NCBI GenBank assembly: GCA_013239625.1
Contig: MU053934.1
Span: 1,853,031 to 1,917,030, forward strand
Direction of reading: 5' to 3'
Length of the DNA: 64,000 nucleotides
Source: Lama guanicoe
Taxonomy: Eukaryota
Part shown: one piece after another, positions 25,618-36,790 of the stretch
How the letters are laid out: each line of letters starts with the position of its first letter
Position numbering within the stretch: the stretch's first letter is position 1
Notes under the pieces: generated by a model
The model's database searches: none
Seen by the model: only the letters and a program-made list of their open reading frames with translations
What the model was told of the DNA's origin: nothing
Made by a program: the position numbers and the translations under genes

Positions 25618-26717
25618 CTAAAGGGAGACCCAAAATATGACAGAAATGTCAACTTGCATTCAATAGCAGGGGTACAATCACAACCTGCTTTGACCCAATT
25701 ACAGGAGAGATTAAAAGATACCTCTATAACACATCTTTTCTCAAAAAGAAATGGAAATGTGCAACATGCAAAAACTAACTGATTCCATGCCTCATTCTTC
25801 ACAAATCTTGCGTGAATTTTCTTTGTTCCTCCCCAATTCTGGCATTACAACGTAAGCAGTGGGAAACAGGTCAAGAAGCTCTGAGAACTACTGCCGTCAT
25901 AAGAGAAGAGACTCTGAATTTCCACCAGCAGTTTAAGTTGATTGATACAAAGTCTTTCACTGGCCAATTATTAATCTTGTTTCCAAACATTATTACGGGC
26001 ATATAATAATTATCCTTTATAAGTATTCTTTTGTGTTTTGACATGCTGCCACACTCCAGGGCACACAGCAGTCTTCAGACATTTCATTAGTCAACTTTGT
26101 TCTTTATCTAAAATGTTTTAATCCAGAAATATGAGGTGGGAGGGAAACTAGCTCTCCCCTGCAGCCCTGTGTCCTTTAAAGAGGCAGGCGTTTCGTAAGG
26201 GTCTGTTTTAAGTGTGCTGTCCTCTGGGAAGCATGCAAAGACACTGATTCCATGTCCACTGAACTCTGTTTAATTATACCTCCTGCTGGAGCAAAACAGC
26301 TCAGGTCAAATTTACTTTAGAGATATCAACAGAGCTGAGAATAAGCAATAATACTGGGGGCTTTTAAATGATCTTCTACCAGAGGGCCCAAAGCTGACTT
26401 GCAGAGAATACGTATAACATATTCCACAAATAATTACTTCTGTTTTCTCTATTATCAAGAGCAGACTAAAATTTTCTTTACATGCTCTCATTCCCTTCTA
26501 CCTTTTCCAACTACTTATGCTTTGTGGCAATCTTACCATTTAGTCAGAAAGATTCTGGCACAGCTAAGTCGGACAGGGCATTGTGGTAGGACTTATCTTT
26601 CTACAGAATGCTTCCTTTTTAGTTATGTATTATATTTAGGGGGGGAAAAAAAGACTAACACATCACTGTTTACTCACAACAGTCAAAACCCATGCCAGGT
26701 CAACATAGGCTACTTAC

Positions 26718-26810
26718 TGATTAAAGGAATGTAAGTGTTAATGCCCCCTCTTCCGGACAGGGGCACGGCCGCATCATTGCCTAGGGACACGTCTGCTTGA
26801 AAGCTGGATG
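26718..26810 (-). CDS. RBFOX2: RBFOX2 coding exon, 93 nt, (A)SSFQADVSLGNDAAVPLSGRGGINTYIPLI
   Basis: Acceptor tcag|CA, donor TCA|gtaagt, phase 1-1, preceded by a 118-nt intron. Confidence 0.96.
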
Positions 26811-26928
26811 CTGATTGCATTAAAAAATTTTAAAATGCAAAACGATTACAAAGGAATAGGAAATGGAAAAACAATAGATGTTATAGATATATAAATAGCA
26901 CAAATGGAAAACTTAACCTAAGTACTAC

Positions 26929-26982
26929 CTGCATACAACTCGGGGCCATATACAGCTCCAACTACTGGGCTTAATTTCCAAC
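26929..26982 (-). CDS. RBFOX2: RBFOX2 coding exon, 54 nt, (G)WKLSPVVGAVYGPELYA
   Basis: Acceptor tcag|GT, donor CAG|gtagta, phase 1-1. Confidence 0.96.
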
Positions 26983-27446
26983 CTGAAATGGAAGAGAGGA
27001 CAGTGAGCATTTAAGATGCACTTTCTTTTATGTTATCTAATACTGTTTACTACTCCAGTTGTTTTATAATGGTATCTTCTGACTGAACTGAAACTGACCT
27101 GGACCTCTGAACTCCATGCTCACTTACGCTAATTGTATTCTGGGTAAACTGACATCTTCTTTCATTGGGATTTCCCAGTGGGATTTCACTGGCGTTAACC
27201 AAGTCAAAAAGGAGAGACATGCAATAATAAAATTCAAGGCACGTTTCCAACTTTGGCGCATGTCTTCTGAGATTTTAATTTATAGTGAACTAATTTATGT
27301 TAATCAGACTTTTTAGCTATAGGATACAAGACTGCTGTTGAATATCAGCTTAAACATTTGTAAATTTTAAGTATTCCCAAACAGCATTATGTTTGATGTC
27401 AATTTTATCTCTATATCCCCTTTTTTATATTTATAGGAATATGGTA

Positions 27447-27477
<31 letters not shown>

Positions 27478-29678
27478 GAAAAATGTACTACTGCCCACTG
27501 ATAGTTCAAGAGTAGAATTTCATATGAAAATTTTAATCAATAAATATTTATTGAACTTTACGCATAAATAAGCAAACACACTGTATTATTTTTCTGAAAG
27601 ACTGGCTCTTTGGTTTACTTCTTCTACATTAGCTTACGGGTCTAACATTGTGTCACTGCCATGCTATATGTGAGTGGAAAGAAGAAAAGTCCAATTACCA
27701 GATTTAAATGCTATAAGCAAAGACATTATTCAAGAGAAAACCCATTCATTCAGAATCAATCCAATCCTCCATTATTTTATGTGCCCATAGACATGTATCT
27801 TCATTATTCTGCATAAAAATGTCAAAATCTGGGTTCAAATCCTACTGGAGTTGTAAAGCACATATGTTCTGCAATGTCAGACAAATCAGGTGACTCAAAA
27901 CCAACATGAACTAAAATGTTGAGAATTCATCAGAAGGCACCTAGCACACTCTTTTCAGAGCCTCTAAAACAGCAGCTGCAGGTTTCTAAAGGTTGGCTCT
28001 AGTTGGCGTGAATACTGATTTAGAATAATACTAAAAAATGAACTTTTCCTTTTCTATCAGTGGCACTATTACTTAAGCACTCCCTTTAAATGCACATTAT
28101 AATAATGGTATATAATTGGACACTGTCAGCAATATTTTGAATACATTTTTGTATATTTCTTTGTAATGTATTTTTACAGGTGTTTATGTCATTTGTCTTT
28201 CACAAAACCCAAAGAGAGCGATAAGACAGGTACTATCTCTGGGACAACGAGTAAGTAATACACTTCCCTGGACTTCATTTCCTAAATAATAAGCTAGGAG
28301 GGTTGGATTTCGATGACTTTTCTAAAGAGCCTTTGGTGCTAAAATTCTGATTGCCACTTGCTAGAGATGAAAACAGAACCAGATAGGTTAGGAAACTGGT
28401 TCACTGTCACAGAGCAAAATGAAGCGTCAAATCTAGAAGTAGAATTTCTGTCTTCTCAATTCCAGTCAGCAGCTCTTTCTGTCACACTGCTCTCCTTGGA
28501 TCTAAAGGAAATTTGACATACTTCTCTTTCTTTTGTTTAAACTGCATTTTTATCAAAATTGCAGAAACTTCTGTTTTTGTGACAGCAGTGAAAAGAAGAA
28601 AACAAAAGACAAAGTGGAAGATGGTGGCATCCTAAGATAGACAACTGATAAAATGAGTAAGGAAAATGCAAATTATGCTGATTTTTATTACCTACTTGAA
28701 AAGCTGGCCTACCCATATTTACTGAAGACCTCCTGGGATATTATCAGTACCAATACTCTTCTACTAGATTTAAGGCATTACCAGTACATAATGCCATACT
28801 CCAGCACTAGGCTCAAACTTTTATAAAGCAATAAAAAGGGACAAACTCCCCCTTTTCATTCTAGATAAAATCTTATGCAGAACTCTAAAATATTCAGCAG
28901 AGACTGAGGTCCACCAAAGTGGAGCTGTAGACCTCAGAACCCAATCCATTTAATTTTCTCTCTGCCCTGCCCCCTCGACCGCCGAAGACAGTCTTATAGA
29001 ACACAGACTGCAAAACCACTGTTGTACTGTGGATTAAAATTGTATCCTATCTCATTTAGAGAATATGAGTCTAGATTAAATTTGACAACTAAAGCAAAAG
29101 TTCTGTTTTGTTAGACAAAATATTCATAAAAAATTCCTTCTTACCAGAAACACCTATAATGAACTCACTAAATAACATGCAGCCATGAAAGCAGAAAACA
29201 TTCATGCACACAAACACCGTGGCTGTTACCTCTAGCGAATTACTTTAAAAGGAGAACAAGGGGTCTCCTGAATTATTCCACTCATGCTCAGATAAGGAGG
29301 AATCAGGAGTAAAATCAGGACTTGGTGGGCATCCAGGGTATCATGGACAAGCCTAACTTGCAGCAGCTAAAAAAGAGGGCGCCCAAATGGGACCTAACTT
29401 GGGTTATTAGGTTAACTTCAAATGACACGTTCACACTATATAAAATGACCTTTACTTAGACTATAATACCTCAATAACGAAAACAACAACAACAAAAAAG
29501 TAATTTTTAAAAATTATCTTAAGAAAAAGAAAAGTAAAAAGTAAAAGTAAAGGGAGTGCTTCAATGTAAATGAAATAAACTAAAGACTGAAATTAAGAGT
29601 CTGTGATGTTTGTGGAAAGTCCATATATTTACACAAGAATAAATGATGTCTTTCTGAGGATAACTTGTAATCTCTTAC

Positions 29679-29739
29679 CATTTGCATATGGTGTGACCAT
29701 CTTCTTATTGGTCATTACACGTGCTGTAGCATTATTCAC
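29679..29739 (-). CDS. RBFOX2: RBFOX2 coding exon, 61 nt, VNNATARVMTNKKMVTPYAN(G)
   Basis: Acceptor ttag|GTG, donor ATG|gtaaga, phase 0-1. Confidence 0.97.
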
Positions 29740-32528
29740 CTAAAGATAGAAAGTAGAAAGAAGGGGCAGGGAGGAAGTAGACTGTATTAGGGAACATGGA
29801 GTTGCTCATTCAATAACAAAGTATTCAGTTTAAAATGTAAATTTCAGAGAGCACTGATTTAAATAATTAACATAGCAATACAAAATATTAATATATAGCA
29901 TTTTAATTAAAGTGTTTATTAAATGAGGCAAACAAGAGTAAAATGTAGTTTCTTTGTCTCCAAATGGAAAACTAGGGCTACTTTACCATCCAGAACTCCA
30001 AAGAAAAAGTACATTTGCAACTTCTTTGGAGATCTCATAAACAGAAAAATCTCTGTATTGAGGAAAATATGGAAAAAAGCAAACTGGAAGTAACTGTTTG
30101 CCCGTGAATTGTCAAGTTCATTAATAAAACAGAGCCTGGCCACATTGGTCAGGAAATAGATTTACAGGAAGATAGGAAAAAAATCCGTGGATTTCAACCT
30201 GTTCTAATGTTTAGCACTTTTTATATGCTTGTGTAAGACTTTACTGTTTGAGGTCGGTAAACAAATACAGGAACTTAGATTCCTATGTTGACAGTCTTCA
30301 GGACCATTTTCAGTTTGCTAGATTATGTGGTCTATTTATTTAAGAAAAGTTTTCAGAAGGCCTTTAAATTAGGCACTGAAAAGATAAAGCTTATGTTTCT
30401 TTTGTTTTATGGTACGCTCCACCCTCATTACAGAACTGCATAATCTGAAGCATTCTCAGTGCTAGGGTGAGTAGGTGTTACAAAGATGGTGCTGATGAAG
30501 AAAAGATGAATGGAGCCCAGGAGCCAGGATACCGCAGCCCAGCGTAAGAACCAGCCTCAGAGCTCTTGCAAGGAGGGTAAAGCCTCACCATAGAACTCGG
30601 TAATATACTGTGTTGTCAGGTCATAAAATGGGCCAGTCTTTAAAAGAATTACAAAATACGCAAAATATAAATGTCTTATTTTGCCTCTGGAGATTTATAT
30701 TATGTTAAATTTGTACAGTAATAAATTTTTAACCAAAAATGAAAACAATTTTAGGTAGAATTGGAAGCAAAAATGTTTTAATACATCTTTTAGGATTTGT
30801 ATAGTGATAATCTTCCGATGTAAGGAAAAGAACTTGAAACTCCATTTACTCTAGTTTGACCCACTAAATCATATAAAACATTTCACATTTAAAAAGAAAG
30901 AATGGGATACAACAATGATGAGACTGAGAGCATGCAGTTAAAAAACACACACACACAAATAAAAGAAAGAAAAAAAACAGTCTATTTTGGAAAGAAGGGA
31001 GAAAGTGAAGAGCGAGGCTCTCACAGACAAGGATTAGAATGGGGCAAGAGCTTCCACTAGCTGCTAGAGCAGAATGCACCCAAGCACTTAAAGGAAAAAT
31101 GGCCAGAACCAATCAGAAACCACCAGTCAGCAAAAGAGACCAATAGCTGCACCAAACAGAGAACGGGGTGGGAAAGGATGAGGGAAAGGGAAAGGAAGAG
31201 AGCTTGGGTAAAGAGAACAAAAAAGCAGGGAAAAGAAAAGAAAGTCAGGAAGGCTGTCACGGGCAGGAGAGAGAGCTGTCAAGGGCAAAGAAAGGACAGT
31301 CACAGCTACAAACAGAGGTTTGGGAAAGAGGAAAAGGAGGAAAGGAAGAAGGGGCAGGAAGTGCATTAATAAAACCAGCCAAACTGGAGTTCAGTAACTC
31401 TGAGTAAGATGTGCAAGGGGGAAAAATCACCATGACGTCAGTACTCAAACAGCTCAGACTGCTACAAAACAATATGTACATCCAAAGTCCAGGCGGCATT
31501 ACTCAACAGCATTGAAAATAAAAGGGGGAAAGGAAAAGGAAGAGGAACAAGTCAAATCACATTTTGTAGTGTTAATGTGAGATGGCAGATGGACTTTTTC
31601 TTTCTTATTTGTTCGTAATTACATTTTAAAAAGCTTCTTCTCTAGTGCTTTGGTTCACTTACCGCCAACGGGTACCATCGCCAGCATTGTGTATAGTTAC
31701 CATGGAAAGAGTGAGTCAAGTGAAGGGCCCTAAATGCTAAACCATTGGAAAGGGAGGGGGAAAAGAAAGCAAAATATGCAGACATCTTACTCAAAATGGT
31801 GGCTTTTATATTTCATACTTTTAAAAATTGGGAAAGGGGAAAGGAGCCAGTTTACCTTCACCGCGTTGTTAAAAAAGGGCTAGTGAACATCAGGTGGCCG
31901 ACCTGATCCCATTAATGGTACATTGGACGGGCGGCCATCAAATCCTCTGTTGGAGGACTTTATCCATTAACTGTTGAAATTCTTGATATCAAATATTTAA
32001 AAACCACATGAGTTTTGGATTTTCTCCTCCCTCCCCACAACCCCTACAATCTTCTACTCCTTACTTATCACACGCATGTGGAGGCAAACTGGCTTCCCAA
32101 GAGAGAGAGGATACTGGCTGGCCCCATGATTCATTATAGGACACATTTATAAACTGAATAGATTTTAGACACTTTAAAAGTTAGTTTTATTGTCCTGATT
32201 ACAGGAATTCGGAGTCTCGCAAACTGAAGCAAAGGAAAAAAAATTTAGAGAGTAGAAGGATGAACATTTTGGAGGAAAAAAGTAAATGAAAAACAAATAC
32301 ACATACATACGCACACAAGTAAATCAAAATTAAAACCCCCAAACAACAAAAAAATGGGGGGGGGGAGGAGGATAGAAGTGTTACTTTTACACATTTTAGT
32401 GCAAGAAGGTAAAGTACACAGAGATACAAACATAGACACAAACAAGACAGGGTTCCAAATGTGAAATAAGTGAGGCAATACATAAAAAGAGAAATAAAAA
32501 TATAAACCAGAAATTGAATTATTGAAGA

Positions 32529-32778
32529 CATGCACCTCGATTTTACGGCCCTCTACCACGGTGCCGTGTAATTTCTCCCTGGCCCTGTCTGCATCAGCAC
32601 TATTCTCGAAAGTTACGAACCCGAATCCCTGCATGCAGCGGGAGAAGGGGGGAAAACATGCACATCGTTATATTGAAATACTGATCTCTTGGTAAATAGA
32701 AAAAAATATCACAGTATGAAACTGGTATCAGCAACAACTCAGCAATACTTTCCCAAAATCACGATTTTGGTCCATGCA
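32529..32778 (-). promoter_or_regulatory. Cluster of four TGCATG RBFOX elements around the 93-nt RRM exon
   Basis: TGCATG on minus at 32529-32534, 32632-32637, 32657-32662 and 32773-32778. Confidence 0.9.
32536..32628 (-). CDS. RBFOX2: RBFOX2 93-nt RRM cassette exon (conventional exon 6), [31 protein letters not shown]
   Basis: Acceptor tgcatgcag|GGA, donor GAG|gtgcat, phase 0-0, holds RNP1. Confidence 0.98.
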
Positions 32779-32822
32779 TATTTTGTAAAGGGAAATTAAA
32801 TTCAATAAAAGAATAAAGAACT

Positions 32823-32880
32823 GTAGTAGTAATAGTAATAATAATAATAATGTAATTAACAACAATAATAACAATAATAA
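32823..32880. repeat. Imperfect (TAG/TAA/CAA)n trinucleotide tract upstream of the RRM cassette exon
   Basis: Direct reading. Confidence 0.85.
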
Positions 32881-35350
32881 AATGAAACATAAAGCATGTG
32901 AGGCCAGACCAAAATTAAGGTATAGAGTTACTCGGGTCAAACTATTCAGTCAAGAAACTGAACATCTAAAAAAAAAATCCTACCTTTCTTTCTTAATTTA
33001 CGCTGTTAACATACACATCCCGTTATGTAATACTAAAAAATACTTAATTAAATCTATTATTTCCAAGTACCTTCTACATGAAACTTGACATTTAGGTGCA
33101 AGCATTGTATAATCAATTTTTTTTTAGGAGGTCTAATCATTTCAGCCCCACTTTGCCTGTTGCATATATCACCATTAGTTGCTTTGGGAACAGGATAACT
33201 TAAGGCATACTCTTGATCTTTGATTCCATGGGTATTGGGTATAGAAGAGGAGAGCGCTCATGTTCGTCTAAGCCAATGAATATATCACTAAGCAGTAGCC
33301 AGTTTGGACTTTTCTTCAATGCTAATCTTAAATGACCAGACTGGCACTTAGAGTAAAAGTTATGTTCAGCTGAATTTCAGAAAATTGCTTATCCACAGTC
33401 GCCTAAATTATACATTTGTTGAAGCCCACATCTGCTACTAAACGTATTAGCAACTTTCTAAATATAGAGAGAAAAGGAATAATCAGAAGGCAGTGGGATG
33501 GGATTTACATTAGTGACATCAGTTGCACACTATTCAACAGGAAAGGAATACCATAAAACAGCAATACAGCTGCTGCTCACAGTTAGGATTAATTTATTTG
33601 TCCACTGCAGATGCTGGAAAAACAAAACCAAAACCAAAGAACAACCAACAAATCATGGAGCTTTAATTCATTAAGCAGAAAAGGCAGGAGATCATGGAGT
33701 TAGCCCACTTTATTTTTTTATTCATGTTAAATCTGAAGAGACAGTCTGGTCATAATCATACTACCAATTTCAACACCAGTAGGATGTTGTATATATACTA
33801 TATGACTACTTCACAAAGCATTATATCATTTTCATTCTACGTGCTTTGTCCTTATCTTTCCACTCTGCAACTATACATTTTTCTCAAGCTATTTACATCG
33901 GTAGAGTGGTAACTTCTTAGAATTTTCTGAGAAAGTCCTCATTTCTCAGTAGCTTTATTGTCTCTATAGCATTCTTTGAATATGCCATTGTAGGATAACC
34001 TGAACCCTTTATTTTTCCTGAAGTTCTGCTTTGATGCTTAACACCATGAGTACTCCTATATATGAAACATATTTCTTAACTGAGATGATAAACAATGTGC
34101 ATTGCTCAATAAGATTTTATAAAAGCAACTCTATCCATTTGAAGGATCTGATTACACAGAATTCTAAATGATTATATGGCTGGGTGGCAATCCATGGACG
34201 ATTCCAATGGATTCTCTACCTTCAATTCGGATACCACCACAAAGACTCTAGAAACTGAAATGCTAAGCTGATAGAAAACTTTAAAAATATATATTGCTTG
34301 AGATGGAATACTAGTGATAATTTTAATTAATATGTTCCTTAAAAATGTAAATGTGTTGAAAATATCAATGGGAAGACATTTTCAGAAACACATTTTGGTA
34401 TCAACATGTTATAGCCACTTTGACAACTCAAGGTATACAAGGGCAAGTTACTGTTTAATTATTCCATTTGTCATCTACACTAGCATCTGATGAAGACAGG
34501 AAGCCAGTTCTCCAGTCCTGGAGAATCCTCCAATAGGAACGGTAAGCCCTTTAAAAAAGGTTACAGATAGTGATGAGTTTTTAAGTCACATTTTAGAAGT
34601 ACTATAAATTGTACTCCAACTGACTGTCACAGCCTCATACATTTTATGAGTCAAACTAATGTATTATAAATTAGTAGTTGGATAACAGATTCTGTGAAGA
34701 CTAATACTTAGGTTTTTAATTTTAGCATCATGAACATCTATCTCTATACACCCACATACATACATACTGTTTGCCTTTTAAATACACTCATGGAGTAGGA
34801 AGAATAAATCTGTCGGTTTCCTTTTGAAGGTAAAGAAACTGAGTCAAACTGAGGTTAAGTACCCAGGCATCAACAAGGCCTTCTTCCATGTAGCTTCTTC
34901 CAACAGCGAATGCTGAGAAAACTAGAAATTCAGCTTTGAAACCTAAGTTCAGTATTCTATTTACTAAACTACATTAGTCCTAAAATTCTCCTTATTTTCT
35001 TTTTCAAATCTAATTGCTAAATGTATTCTATGACCTCCTTTCTGAAATATGTTGATGGAACATCTGTGACACAAGGACTGCATCCAAGAGAATGCAGGGT
35101 CATGTCACAGGCACTGACTGGCATCTCACAGACAGCAAATGACAAAGTCTAACATTAAAGTCTGCTTGTGTAAGATTTTCTCAATATGACTTTAATATTC
35201 TGGAACAAAATTTCACTTTTAAATGCTTTAAAAGCCTATTTACCAAGGGTAAGAAGAGGAAGAAAGCCTTGTTGACACCTGGGGACTTTCTGATAAGAAA
35301 CACAGAAGTAAGAGGATTTCTTTCTTTCCTTCGAAGATAAATAGACCTTA

Positions 35351-35840
35351 TGTCAGGCAGAATAACAGCCCCCCCAAAGTTGCCCATGTCCTAATCCTGT
35401 GAATCTGTGAACATGTTACCTTACATGGCAAAGGGGATTTTGCAGGAGTGATTAAACTAATGATCCTGAGATAGGGAGATTATCCTGGATTATCCAGGTG
35501 AGCCCAGTGTAATCACAAGGGTGGTTACAAGTGAAAGAGGGAAAAAGGAGTCAGAATCAGAGTGGCAGCCTGAGAGAGGTTGGGGTGGCATTGCTGGCTT
35601 TGAAGATGAAAGGGGGCTATAGGCCAAGGAATGTGGGCTGCCTCCAGAAGCTGGAGCAGGCAGGCCAGTGCATCACCCCTTATAGCCACCTGAAGGAACA
35701 CAGCCCCCGACACTTTGATTTTAGCCCAGTGAGACCCACTTTGGACTTAAGACCTCCAGAACTGTAAGATAATAAATCTGCGTGGTTTTAAGCCACTAGG
35801 TTTGTGCTAATTTGTCCAGAAGCACTAGGAAATTAATATA
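35351..35840 (+). mobile_element. MaLR solo LTR (MLT1C/D-like)
   Basis: Characteristic strings gttaccttacatggcaaaggg, gccaaggaatg, cctccagaactgtaagataataaat...ttttaagccact. Confidence 0.88.
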
Positions 35841-36486
35841 TACATATCTATTTAATTTTGAGATATATATATCTCAAAATTAAAGTGTGATTAGGAAGGT
35901 GAGAAGCATAACCAGCATTTCTGGAGCACTGGCCTTACTTTTCTCCAGTTGAAACTCCCAACAGGTGATTTTCCATCAACTCAACTTCCTGCTTGCTTTA
36001 TCTGTCACATTCACAATTTGGATTTAAGACTACTAACTCAAAAAAAACTTGAAAGAAATTTTAATGTACTGTTTCTTCAGTAAAATTTATCATTTTAAAA
36101 AATGTGCCAAGAATTGAGTTAAGGATATTTCCAGACTATCCACTTAAAAAGTTACTAATAGGAAAATATGCTTATATGAAATTATGTTTTAATGTCCTTT
36201 CATTCTTAGAAATCTAATTCACATTAAGTTTGGTCATTTGGATCTCTTGCTTTGAAAAAAAAGTTTAATACAATTATGTCTAAACTTAACACATTTTCCT
36301 TAAAAGAGCTTCAAAATGATTACATAATGTATCAAACAGGAAAACACAGAAGCAGTCTAAATAGCTACAAAGTCAAACTCTTAATAAGAGTAAATATTCC
36401 AGGTATGTAAGAAGAGAAAGAACAGATAAACAAGAAGTAAACTTTATTTTTAATTAAAAAAAATGATGTTGACAAATTTGTCTACA

Positions 36487-36790
36487 CCGGCACTATCTGA
36501 TAGAAATGTAACATGAGATACATACATAATTTCAAATTTTCTACTAGCCACACTGAGAGAGCAAAAACAGGTAAAATTAATTTCAATAATGTATTTTATT
36601 TAACCCAATATATACAACATATAATTTCAACATAGCATCAATATAAAACCATAATTAGTGAGATGCTTAACATTCCTTTTTTTTGTGCTAAGTTTCTGGA
36701 ATTGGTGTCTAATTTATACTTAAAGCACATCTCAGTTTAGACTTGCCACATTCCAATGTTCAATATGGCCACTGTACTGGACATCACAGG
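36487..36790. mobile_element. hAT-Charlie MITE (MER33/MER3-like)
   Basis: Strings aaattttctactagccaca, tattttatttaacccaatata, gccacattccaatgttcaata recognised by eye. Confidence 0.65.

Noticed and set aside
32245..32634. 129-aa ORF MQGFGF... as a standalone protein
   Set aside because: Only 32536-32628 is exon; the ATG is part of the intronic TGCATG and the rest is U-rich intron read-through.
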